From Pelagomonas calceolata (Eukaryota), in contig CAKKNE010000002.1 in the NCBI GenBank assembly GCA_918797485.1, forward strand, positions 1,550,001-1,614,000: a DNA stretch of 64,000 nucleotides, read 5' to 3'. Positions 54,231 to 64,000 of this stretch are shown in pieces. The notes under the pieces are model-generated. The model was not told the origin of the DNA. It did no database searches and worked only from the letters and a program-made list of their open reading frames with translations. The translations under genes were made by a program, and so were the position numbers. The stretch's first letter is position 1. Every line of letters begins with the position of its first letter.

Positions 54231-56999
54231 TTACCGGCTCCGCGGCGCAGATAAAGGAATTCCAGGAGAAGTCGCCTTCACGAGCGGTCGCAGCGCGCCG
54301 GCCCTCCCGGTCGCGTACGACGCCTGGATGACCACGTTGGCCCGGTGCTCCTGCACCGAGCCCAGGCGCGATGTGCCCTCAGCATGGGTCGCCGACTGGG
54401 CCGACAACGCCCCGTGGATCACTTTTGCTGCTGGTGCCCCATGCACGGAGTCCATGACCGTGTTGCACGCGATGCACCGCACCGGCGCCCGGCCGATCAT
54501 CAGCGCGTCGTCGTGGGGCCGCAACCGGTCCATGGCCTCCCTGAGAGCTTTCGCGATCAACCGCAGCACATCTTCCCTTGCTGTTTTTCGGACGACGTCT
54601 CTCCTCACGCCTTCCAGATTCAGCTTCAGAGCTCCCGTGACCTCGTCGACGAACTCTGACAGTTCGTCTCGGGACGTGTCGATCATTTGGACAACAGTAT
54701 CTGTCGAAGGCAGGCCATTCAGGATCGCCATCGCGTGCTCCAGCGACTCCGTGGCCTTCTCGAGGCCCTGGTGCTGCAATTCGACGGCCTTCTGCAACTC
54801 CGCGTCGATCTTCTTCTGCTTCGCGGCGAAATCCTCGAGGCCCGGGCCGCCGATCTGCCCGCGAATTTCCTCCACGGCCTCCTCGAGGACCTCGATCTTT
54901 TGGCCGTGTTCATCTAACGTACGGTTTGTATTTTCAGACAGCACGGCGAGGTCGCCGTCTACCTTCTGCTTGAGGTCCTCCCTCGCTTGGTCCTGCGTCG
55001 CTACGACTTCGTTCATCGACCGCTCGACGTCTTTTTTATCAGCTTTGGTCTCTCGCAGAACCGTAAGCTGCGCCTCCACAAAATCCAACAAAGGCTTGAG
55101 TGAGGTCTCGCCGCCCGCTATCGATGCCGTGACGATGCCCGCGAACTCCTCCCGTCCCATTCGTTCCGAGACGGCCTGCGAGTTCGCCGCCACTCTCTCT
55201 GAGAGATCATGGAACGGCTTCACGGCATCATCACAATACGCAATACACGTCTCGTTCTTGATGGTCTCCGCCAATACGAACTCCGCGCCGTCCTTCTCCA
55301 CCACACCGACCTCCGCGAGCTTCGCCAGCGTCAACACAGAAGCTTTGGCAATTAACCCGGCCTCGTCGACGTCACCCCCATCGACCACCATGGGCCGGGC
55401 CCGCTGATCCCGCAGCGCCTCCAACGCGTCCTCCAGCGCGTCGACGCGCAGATCCAGGCGCTGGCTCAATTTCTCGAGCTCGGCGTCGAAGTTCATCTTC
55501 GGCGGCGACTTGGGCGGACTGCGCAGGCCCGGCTCGGCCTCCCGCCTGGCTATTTCCGCTATCAAATCGGCCTCGAGCGTGTCGACGCGTTCCGCTAGAG
55601 CCGTGACTTCTTTCATTCTAGCCAGGTCCGCGATGTCGCTCGCGTCGAGGAAGGCGTCTTGACCGGAAGCGATCTTGTCGAGGCTTGCTTCTAATCTCGC
55701 TACTCTTGGTGCAAGGCGATCCTCCAAAGCTGGTGCTCCGGACAGCGTGCCTCCGCGCACGCGCGCGCCCTCCAACCTTGCAAGACCTTCCTCCAACCCT
55801 TTTTCTGAAGTGAACACGACGCGCCCAATCTCGAAGTCGAAGCCGCCCGGGGCCTTCCTTACTTCACATTTCTCTACGTCTCGGAATGCTTTAGCAAGCA
55901 TATCAGAAGACGCGTCCGGTTGCGCGGCCGAGATCACAAGAGTCCTATCTCGAGGCTCAACACCACAGAGCTCGTCGAGGGCCGCCCCCAACCTAAAAAT
56001 GGAGTCCGCGGCGTGCACGGGGCCTGCCTCGACGCGCGCGCCACACACGAAGTGGCCAGCTAAAGCAGAAGCTGCCTTCAGCGCCTCCGCCCGGTCCGGA
56101 AATCTAATGACACGCAACCCAAACCGATCCAGCGACGACGGCTCCGACGCCGGCAGGAACTCGTCGACGATGCCGAGGACTTCGTCCAAAGCTGTTAATG
56201 ACGCGACGTGTCTGACTAAAAGTTGTCTTTCAAACCCGTGGCGCTCGCGGTGGTTGTGCATGATCGTGGCCGTCATCGTCCGCTCGGGGTGGTCCCCTTC
56301 CTCATCTTCCTCCTCGTATTGGACTACAGGTTTTGGCGGGGACTTCGGAGGTGAACTGCCGACGTCCGTGAACGTCGCCGTCGTCTGCTTTTTGAGTTTC
56401 GGGGACGACTTCGGCTTCGGCGGGCCCTTGTGGTGGGCTCTCCCGTGCAAGGCTTCTACCGCTCGTAACGCGGCAGCAGCGGTATCAAAGTGCAGGACCT
56501 GGTGCGCCGCGGCCCACTTCTTCTCGTGGATCGGGTCTTCAATCTCACTGACGGCGTGCTCTTCTCCGGTTTCCGCTTCGTGCTCATCCAGGAGCTTCTT
56601 CATGCACTCATTGCTATGATCAGGAGGTAGGGAACCGACGACGACCGAATAGGGCTTCGTCTCCTCGATGGGCTCGCCCTTCGACACAGCCTGGATCTCG
56701 CCCCGCATGGCGCTCATCTCGTCGCTGAACCGCTGCTTGAGCAGCTCGTGCTCGGCGCGCTGGCGGTCGAGCTCCGCCCTGGTGGAAGCTATGACGACCT
56801 GTTGTTTTTGCACGACGTCGAAGACGACATTAATGACATCCTGGAGGTTCTCGGTCGCGCCGCCGAAGGCGAGGCCCACGCCCGCCGCGAGTCCCGCGGC
56901 CGCGTCTGCTGGGGGCGCCTCGGCCGCTGGTTCGGTCGTGGGCGGCGCCTCGGCCGCGGGCTCGGCTGCTGGTTCGCTCTGTGGCGGCTCGTCGGCCAT
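54231..56999 (-). CDS. Coiled-coil protein with ~3 RRM-like folds and C-terminal CxxC (DUF4795-like end)
   Basis: RRM-like patterns (VVVGSLP...FDTAAAALRAVEALHG; FPDRAEALKAASALAG; VFTSEKGLEEGLARLEG), long heptads, VRCIACN. Confidence 0.55.
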   Translation of the reverse strand: MADEPPQSEPAAEPAAEAPPTTEPAAEAPPADAAAGLAAGVGLAFGGATENLQDVINVVFDVVQKQQVVIASTRAELDRQRAEHELLKQRFSDEMSAMRGEIQAVSKGEPIEETKPYSVVVGSLPPDHSNECMKKLLDEHEAETGEEHAVSEIEDPIHEKKWAAAHQVLHFDTAAAALRAVEALHGRAHHKGPPKPKSSPKLKKQTTATFTDVGSSPPKSPPKPVVQYEEEDEEGDHPERTMTATIMHNHRERHGFERQLLVRHVASLTALDEVLGIVDEFLPASEPSSLDRFGLRVIRFPDRAEALKAASALAGHFVCGARVEAGPVHAADSIFRLGAALDELCGVEPRDRTLVISAAQPDASSDMLAKAFRDVEKCEVRKAPGGFDFEIGRVVFTSEKGLEEGLARLEGARVRGGTLSGAPALEDRLAPRVARLEASLDKIASGQDAFLDASDIADLARMKEVTALAERVDTLEADLIAEIARREAEPGLRSPPKSPPKMNFDAELEKLSQRLDLRVDALEDALEALRDQRARPMVVDGGDVDEAGLIAKASVLTLAKLAEVGVVEKDGAEFVLAETIKNETCIAYCDDAVKPFHDLSERVAANSQAVSERMGREEFAGIVTASIAGGETSLKPLLDFVEAQLTVLRETKADKKDVERSMNEVVATQDQAREDLKQKVDGDLAVLSENTNRTLDEHGQKIEVLEEAVEEIRGQIGGPGLEDFAAKQKKIDAELQKAVELQHQGLEKATESLEHAMAILNGLPSTDTVVQMIDTSRDELSEFVDEVTGALKLNLEGVRRDVVRKTAREDVLRLIAKALREAMDRLRPHDDALMIGRAPVRCIACNTVMDSVHGAPAAKVIHGALSAQSATHAEGTSRLGSVQEHRANVVIQASYATGRAGALRPLVKATSPGIPLSAPRSR

Positions 57000-57335
57000 G
57001 GTCGTGGCGGGCACCGGGCAGCCAAAGCACTGCGTGCGCACCGGGCAGCTCTGGGCCGGCAGTCCCGGGCAGGCGTTGCGCACCGGAGCCCTGGGGCAGC
57101 CCTTTTTAGAGGCAAGCTCTCCGCCGCGTTGCGAGCGCCCCGCACGTATTTCCCCTCGCGCGCGCTTTCACGCGACGGCGAATTTATTAGTGCTACTGTG
57201 GCCCGGACGGGTATGGGCGCGGAATGAGTTTTGCGCGCGGGTCTCACGATGGTCTCACTCTCCCATCGTGCACTGGCTGCCCGGGCAGCACAAACGCCAG
57301 AAGTTGGCCTTTTGGCAGCCTGATTGCTTGCAAAT

Positions 57336-58157
57336 ATGCGTGCGCCGGGCATCGTGCGCGTCCTGCGTGACGTGTCCGACTTTCTGGGCTCTTCCGCGCA
57401 CGCCCGCGACGGTCCGGTCGCAGTGACCCCGGAGGACTACCTCGCGGCCTCGGGTGAGGTTATCGCCTTGGCTATGGCCATGTCATGGATCATGGCCGCG
57501 ATCTGGAGACGCGACGCGATCAGGGACAACCCGCTGCTCGACCGCTTGGGCTATAACAACGTCTGCGTGGCCTGGGACGTGCCGCCCGCGCTGTACCCGG
57601 CGGCCTTCGTCATGCAGTTCGCCATTTACTGCGGTGTGCGCTACTGCGTGCTCGACTACGTCCGCGGCGCGGTCACGCCGGGCCTGTCCCGGCGCAAGGT
57701 GCGGATAATCAAATTCTGCAACACCCTCTACGCCGTGAGCATTATGGCGGTGTCGCTGCTCTTCGTGGTGACGCCCAAGGTCAGTCCCAGCGTGCACACC
57801 ACGTTCTTCGTTCAGCTGATCATCTGCCGGTTCGTCGTCGTCGCGGGCAACTTCGTCGAGGTCGAGCGCATCCCACGCGAGAAGTGGGTCTTCCTTGGCG
57901 TGTACGGGCTGGTCTCGTTACTGCTTCCCGCATGCCTCTTCATCAACTTCGTCACGTACGACTCGAAGAACAAAAAGAAGCCGACCGTTCCCATGGCGCT
58001 CGGCATGATCTTTGACTACTCTTGGTTTGCATGCCTCGCGGTCACGGGCCGTTTTCTACCCGAACAGACGCCGCTGCAAATTACGTATCAATTGCAGCCC
58101 GGAACCGCGGGCGGCGTGGCAGAAAAACCTTCAGAGCGAGTGGCCCCTGCGCCCTAG
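57336..58157 (+). CDS. Multi-pass membrane protein of unknown function
   Basis: About 6 TMs, NPLLDRLGYNNVCVAWDVPPA segment, coding-like codon usage. Confidence 0.65.
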   Translation: MRAPGIVRVLRDVSDFLGSSAHARDGPVAVTPEDYLAASGEVIALAMAMSWIMAAIWRRDAIRDNPLLDRLGYNNVCVAWDVPPALYPAAFVMQFAIYCGVRYCVLDYVRGAVTPGLSRRKVRIIKFCNTLYAVSIMAVSLLFVVTPKVSPSVHTTFFVQLIICRFVVVAGNFVEVERIPREKWVFLGVYGLVSLLLPACLFINFVTYDSKNKKKPTVPMALGMIFDYSWFACLAVTGRFLPEQTPLQITYQLQPGTAGGVAEKPSERVAPAP

Positions 58158-58191
58158 CCCTGAAGGCTCGTACTAAGGTGTGGTGTGCTAC

Positions 58192-59561
58192 TTACGAGGG
58201 GTCGCCGGGGTGGGGATTTTCCGGAGCGACCTTTCCCGGGTTCTCGTGGCGCGGCCCTCGACCCTCACCGTCGCCGTCGCCGCGCGGCTTCGAATCCCAA
58301 TTTCCGGCGCCCTGCGCGATCGGCGTCCAGACCTCGGCGTCCTCCATGAGCATCACCGTGCACAGGAGGGTGACGATCCAGTAGAGCAGCAGGTGGAACT
58401 CGCAGACGATGCGGAGCTGGTTGTCGTGGAGCACGTCGCCGTCCTCGCACTTCGGGTTCACGCACGGGCTCTCGGTCACGAGCGCGGCGTCGTCCCATTC
58501 GCAGGGCCACGCGCCGAGCTCGGCGACGGTCAAATTGTACCAGCGCCGCGGTACGAGCTCGCCGAGGCACGCCGCCCGGCTGTCGTAGAGAATGCACAGG
58601 TGCATGTCCGCGGCCTCCTCCGGGTCGGCCAGGACGACCATAAACGCGACGAGGAAGCCAAGTGCGGCGAGCGCCGCGAGCAGGGCCGAACCGAGGGCGT
58701 AGCGCGCGCGCCGCTTTCCTTTGTCGGTCGTGTAGAGTTCCTTCATGGTCAAAGAACACGAACCGTCCGCGTTGAGTTCCATCGTCGTCAGCACGGCGCG
58801 CGCGAGCGCGGCGAAGAGCGTGATGCTGACGCCCCCGCCGATGCCGATGAAGTGCATCGTCCGCATGTTCCGGTTGTTGCAGGAGCCCGCGCTCGGGTCG
58901 AGGTCGCAGCTGTGTGGAAATCAACCAGTGAGTTACGTTTTCCTGAGGACTATGTGAACCTCCACGCCATCGCGCAGACGCACTCATTGGAACGACGTGT
59001 CGTCGATGGCGTGGGGCGCCTGAAATTTGATTTCCACACAGTTCGCTGCTTGTCGGCGCGGTCGGGCACGACCGCCGTGATGCAGACGAGGATGATGGCG
59101 TAGCGTATGACCATGTCACATCGCTTCCGCGCGACGTCGTCGCTCGCGCAGCATCGTTCTGTGAGCCTCCCCTTCATAGCCTTCACCGCCATCGTGCCCG
59201 ACTTCAGGAGCCGTCCCGCCTTGCGCGGGCGCTTGTCGGCCAGCCGCTGGATCTTGTGGTCCTGGATGAAGTTGATGCGGCCCAGGATGTACACGGCGAC
59301 GGTCACGAGGCTCACGAACATGAAGACGTAGCCCTCGAAGAAGATCGAACCCGACACGCGACTTATGGAGGCCGCGTAGCCGCCCGCAGACGTGCAGTCC
59401 TCGCGGAGCAGATACATGCTCATGATCGCCGCGAGGCAGCCCATGAGTATCGGTACCAAAAGGTACTCGGACTGCTGCGCGCGCACCACATAAGAGCACG
59501 ACTCGAGCATAACTACTGCGATGCAGTACGGCACCCACAGGAGCGCCTGTGAGGACACCAT
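58192..59561 (-). CDS. Multi-pass membrane protein (possibly Frag1/DRAM-like); exons 59561-59050, 58909-58192 (~409 aa)
   Basis: Several TMs; splicing joins the two ORFs in frame (1230 nt). Confidence 0.6.
58910..59049 (-). mobile_element. Introner family A intron (140 nt, GC-AG)
   Basis: Well-preserved TIRs CTGTGTGGAAATCAA; TSD eroded; joins AD-N|CDLD. Confidence 0.83.
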
Positions 59562-59884
59562 GCTGCCCGACGGCTGCCCTCTACGGCGCCTGGCGCAGCG
59601 CGGCTCTGAGCGTGCGATCCCCGCACGTTTTTCGTATCTCTCCGCGACGCGGGCTCCTACTAGCCATGCTATGGCCCGAACGAATGCTGGTGCGGAGCTG
59701 TGAAAGCCGGAAACCCGCGGACTGCCGGCAAGCTTAAAGCGCTGGGAGAGCTGCTCCGAGAGCAGGTACGAGCTTGTAGAGCTAAAAGCTCGCATAGCTG
59801 CCCGACGGTGCTCGTTTGCGCCAAAAAGTCGGGCTTGAGCTCGGGCTGCCCGACTGGTTGAGCTCGGGCTGCCCAACAGCCAAG

Positions 59885-62800
59885 ATGGTGGTCTGCTCGA
59901 GCTGCGCCGAGCTCTTGTACCCGCCCGGCGCCAAGTTCTGTGCCTGGTGCGGCACCGCAGCTCCCCAGTGGGCGGGCTCCTTGGCGGAGGATAGAGAGGC
60001 GCTGCGAGCGCTGCGCGAGGTCGACGCCGCGATCGACGAAGTGCTCGAGAACTCCCAAGTGAACCTGAAGGTTGCCATCGACCACGACTTTATTGATCAG
60101 AGCAACGACTGGGCCGGGATCGCGACGCTCGTGGTGCCGCCCGCGCACGTCGTCCGCGGGGCCACGATCTCCGGGCACTGGTGCGACCAGGGCAGCGGGA
60201 ACCAAAAAGGCCGAGTGCGCTTGGTTCTGCTGCGGGACGGCGCCCTCGTCGCCGATGCGGCAGTCCCAGGCCTCGCCCCGCACGGAAGGGAGTCCTTTTC
60301 CGTCGTGCTTGAAGGTGACGTCATGCTGGCCGGCGACGTGGTCGCGGCGCAGATCATCGTGGGCGGCGGCGGCGGCCACGCGCTCAAGCTGAAGGGCGTG
60401 AAGCTGGTCCTGGACGCGACGCCGACGGAGGCGCTTGCGAAGAGTGGCTACGTGGAGGCGGACGGCCGCGTGACGCAGCTCAGCTTGTACGAATGTGAGA
60501 GCCTCGCGGCGCTGCCGCCCGCGATCTGCGGACTCTTGGCGCTGACGACGCTCAAACTGGAAAAGTGCTCGGGCCTCAGAGCGCTGCCCGACGCCATCTC
60601 CGAGCTTAGCGCGCTGGCCGAGCTCTGCCTGAGCGAGTGCGAAAGCCTCGTCGCGCTCCCAGACGCCATCGGCGAGCTTGGTGCGCTGAAGAGTCTCGAC
60701 CTGTCGTTCTGCCGGAGCCTCGAGGCGCTTCCAGATGCTATCAGTGGCCTAGGCGCGCTGACGACGCTCAACTTGTATCAGTGCGAGAAACTCGTCGCGC
60801 TACCGGACGCGATCGGTGAGCTCGGCGCGTTGACGGAGCTCAAGCTGGATGAGTGCACAAAAATCACAGCGCTACCGGAGACAATTGGCGGGCTCAAGGC
60901 GCTAAAGATGCTCGACATGACCGACTGCTCGCGCCTCACCTCGCTGCCGGCCGCAATCGGCGAGCTTGGCGCGCTAACGAAGCTCGACCTGACCGGGTGC
61001 TCGAGCCTCGCCGCGCTGCCGGCCGCGATTGGCGAGCTCGGCGCGCTGACGGACCTCAACGTGAGTGGCTGCACGAGCCTCGTCGCGCTACCGGACGCGA
61101 TCGGCGAGCTCGGCGCGCTGACGGAGCTCTACTTGAACGGCTGCACGAGTCTTAGCTTCCCGCCGTTGCGCATGCATGAAGACGTTGCGATGGTGAAGCG
61201 CTGCCTCGCGAGCGTCGGGCCGATCGTCGACGGTGCGCTGGCCCTGGAGGACGCGGGAGCCGACGAGCGGGAATTCTTTTTCGCCGACGTCCTCAAGCAT
61301 CCGGCCTACGCAGACCGCCTCGGCGCGCGCGTCCGCAAGGACCCGGCGTTCGCCGACCTCACGAACGACAAGGGCCAGCGCGTCGTCGAGCTCGCGTGCT
61401 TCGAGTGCCGAGCGCAAATGCAAAAGGCCCTCTTCCTCCTCCGGAGGTACGCCGTCGACAAGACGCCGCCGCTGCACTTCTCGGCGACGGCGGCGGTCCT
61501 GGGCGCGACGGACCACGATAAATCCGACGTCAAGCCCCGACGCGCCCTGAAGGCGATGCGACGGGTCGACCAGGTGCTGGCGGAGCTCGAGGGCCGCGCG
61601 GGCCTCGACAGACGGTTCGTGGTCGCCGTCGTCGCCGTGCACGTGAGCGCGACCGTGTCTGCCGTGGACCACGATGAGGTTGCCGCAGCGGCGGGCAAGT
61701 TGGACGGCGTCGTCGTCGAGAGGGCCGAGGGCCTCGGCGAGGACCTGGCGGGTCTGCTCGCGGCGCGCGAGCAGCAGAACGACGCTTCCGCCGGCCGCTT
61801 CATGGGGTACGACTACCTCCTCGTCATGGAGCTCGCCGAGGAGAGCCTGAGCAAGAAAATCATTCACGGCGGCGTCTGCGGCGTCGACCTGGTCGAGATC
61901 CGCAAGATCGCGCGGGAAATGGCAGAGGCCCTGGACCATCTCCATCTGAAGGGCCGGATCCATGCGGACCTCAAGCCGCTGAACGTGGTCCGCGTCGGCA
62001 CAACGTGGCAACTAGTGGATCTTGACGTGTCCTGTGCGATCGGCGATCCCTTTGGCACGAAGAAGCCGTCCCTAGGCTACTGTCCGCCGGAGATGGCTCA
62101 GACCTGTGTGGAAATCAACCAGTGCGTCGGGTGCACCCGACAATTCTTCACTAATTCATTTCTTGGCGACAACGCGGCCGTGCTGGCTCGGTCGAGCGGT
62201 GAGGAACTTGCATCGCTACGCCATCGAGCAGGCGTCGCGTTGATGGCGTGGAGGCCGACGCGACGAGTCAGCACGAACGCGTCGTAAAATTTTGATTTAC
62301 ACACAGGCTCAGACTATCCTCGACGCGATGGATGCCTCAGATCGGCTGGACACGGCCCTACTCAGCGCCTACACCGCGGACAAGGCCTACGACCTCTGGT
62401 CGCTCGGCGTCGTTCTTTTTCATCTTGCCACAGGCACACCCCTGTGGAAGACCGATAAAAATGACGACACGTCCCCGAAAGGCCTGCGCAAGCTGGTCAA
62501 GCGCTGCTTCGACCTCGATCGCAAACTGGCCGTCGCGGCGCCGCGCCCGACGGACGATTTCGATGGTGACCTCCAAATGCTGGCGTTCGACCTCATCCGC
62601 AAGCTTCTGACGCCCGAGCCGGACGAGCGACTCAAGGCCTTCAAGGGGGCCACGCCAATGCGAGGCGTCCTGCAGCACGGCTTCTTTTCCAACGAGCGAG
62701 GCGCGGCCGGGCGGGGAGACGCGGGCCGAGACGACGAGGTGATGAAAGTGTTCGCGGAGGTACGGGCGTCGCAGGCGCAAATCCTTCGGTCGGTCAACGC

Positions 62801-63782
62801 CGTCCGAGACCTGGGCGAAGAACATCGAGACGAGCTCCGGGCGACGGGGAAGTCCCTGCGGAAGGCTATCTTTGAAGCCAGCGAGGTGAAGACACCGACC
62901 GCCTTTGTTGTGCTCAAGGAGAAACTGCCTCCGCTGGAGGAGGACGAGCAGCTACGCGTGAAGGTCAAAGAGGATGGCGAAGTCGTGGCAGGTGGGGCGC
63001 TCCCCGACGAAGTGAACCACCGGGTAAAGCAGGCGAAGGCGTGGCTGAAATTCTGCAGCGAGTGCGTCGAAGGCGTCGCGGAGTGCTCTCCAAAGGCGAT
63101 CGCGGGGGCAGCGAAGGGCGCACCCGAGTGCGTCGAGGACCTTAAGAAAGCCGCCGGAGACCTACTGGTCGGCGAGGAGATGTGGTTCTACCTTATAGAC
63201 GAGCTCACCGGCGAGCCCGTGCGGAGCGCCGGCGGCGTCTACCCCATTCGCATCACCGAGCCCTCGGAGCTCGTCGGAAAACTGCTGCCGGTCATGCAGG
63301 TAGGGCTGCACGCCGCCACTCTCGTGAACGGCGTGTCAGGGGTGGTCCGCCTGTTCGGCTATCCGTTCCCGAGCGTGCCCGAGAAGTTGCGCGAGGGCGC
63401 GGAGCGCTCCGTCGAGGTGCTGAAACAGGAGAGCTCGGTTGAGAAGTTCGGGGCTATCCAAGAGCACGTCGAGACGCAAGACGAGCAGGCCACGAGCGTG
63501 CGCGGCGCGTCGCTCCGGGAGCTGGAGAAGTTCCTAGCAAAAGAGGACCCGCGCGGCACCTACGCCGGGCTCCAGAAAGTCGGCGACGATTCCGACGGCA
63601 CGGCCGTGTGGACGACGCTGACGGACCCCGAGGAGGTACAGGAGGCGCTCAAGACGCGCATAGCGAGTCGGCGCGCCGAGCGGCGTTTCCAGGAGGCGGC
63701 GTCGCTCGGAATGCTCCAGGCGAAGTTCGCGGCGAAGCTGCGCGACGCGGTGCAGGCGATGCGCGCGGAGGACGGTGTGTAA
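59885..63782 (+). CDS. Zn-ribbon, beta-rich domain, LRR, Ser/Thr kinase, C-terminal helical domain protein; exons 59885-62095, 62307-63782 (~1228 aa)
   Basis: CxxC...CxxC; nine-plus 24-aa LRRs; ALKAM, HADLKPLN, DLD, GYCPPE, DLWSLGV. Confidence 0.85.
60479..61165 (+). repeat. LRR tandem array (72-nt period, ~9.5 units)
   Basis: LxLxxCxxLxALPDAIGELGAL repeats. Confidence 0.9.
62096..62306 (+). mobile_element. Introner family A intron (211 nt, GC-AG, inverted orientation)
   Basis: Perfect 8-bp TSD GCTCAGAC; TIRs; joins PPEM|AQTIL. Confidence 0.92.
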
Positions 63783-63803
63783 GACTGTGACATCACACAC
63801 AGA

Positions 63804-64000
63804 TTAAGCACCTAAGAACGCCGGCCCCTCGTCCCGCGCCTGGTCGCTCGCGAAGGAGCTCACGAACACCGTGTGCGCGTCCTCGTTGAGCGTCGCGTGC
63901 CACCAGCTCGGCGGAAAGTAGAGGACCTCGCCGGGCCCGAGGACGCAGTCGTGGCGCGGCCGCTTATGGGGAGGCAGCGTCGGCAGCACGTCGCGGACCC
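63804..64000 (-). CDS. JmjC/cupin-domain protein, 3' end (runs off window)
   Basis: CVLGPGEVLYFPPSWWHATLN. Confidence 0.8.
   Translation of the reverse strand, partial: VRDVLPTLPPHKRPRHDCVLGPGEVLYFPPSWWHATLNEDAHTVFVSSFASDQARDEGPAFLGA

Noticed and set aside
4729..62306. Dispersed palindromic repeats as CRISPR or bacterial REP elements
   Set aside because: They are not arrayed with spacers; each lies inside a eukaryotic ORF with GY-AG ends, and removal restores the frame
1..64000. Hundreds of overlapping Arg/Ala/Pro-rich ORFs, including long antisense ORFs (e.g. 28211-29761, 47704-49074, 54328-55407)
   Set aside because: Expected shadow frames of high-GC coding DNA; no motifs
1..64000. Autonomous transposase, tRNA or rRNA genes
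   Set aside because: None recognisable by eye; tRNAscan-SE/Infernal and transposase HMMs would be needed to exclude them

Overview
GC-rich, gene-dense eukaryotic nuclear DNA, most consistent with a pelagophyte alga (Pelagomonas/Aureococcus-like). The evidence is introner-type introns, bipartite plastid presequences, a phytotransferrin gene and IFT122. By manual splicing I reconstruct about 27 protein-coding genes or gene fragments. They are interrupted by 32 repeated introns (68-240 nt) in three sequence families. Family A (14 copies) has terminal inverted repeats and an 8-nt target duplication that supplies the donor. Families B (5) and C (13) have no TIRs and carry family-specific ends. All three share the core motif CACGCCATCGACGCG. 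Removing these introns restores continuous frames for IFT122 (~1229 aa), a ~2813-aa TPR/EF-hand/C2 protein, COG4, transporters and others. Highlights: a ~1627-aa cellular RNA-dependent RNA polymerase (DYDGD) fused to a Cys cluster, R3H, three UIMs and a SAM domain; an ISIP2A/phytotransferrin gene bracketed by a perfect 127-bp direct repeat; a recurrent ~23-bp quasi-palindrome upstream of many genes; a recurrent 3'-flank motif; a prenylated protein of three 86-87-aa repeats; and an LRR-kinase. No rRNA, tRNA, CRISPR or transposase was recognised. Domain calls come from motif recognition by eye, not from database searches.
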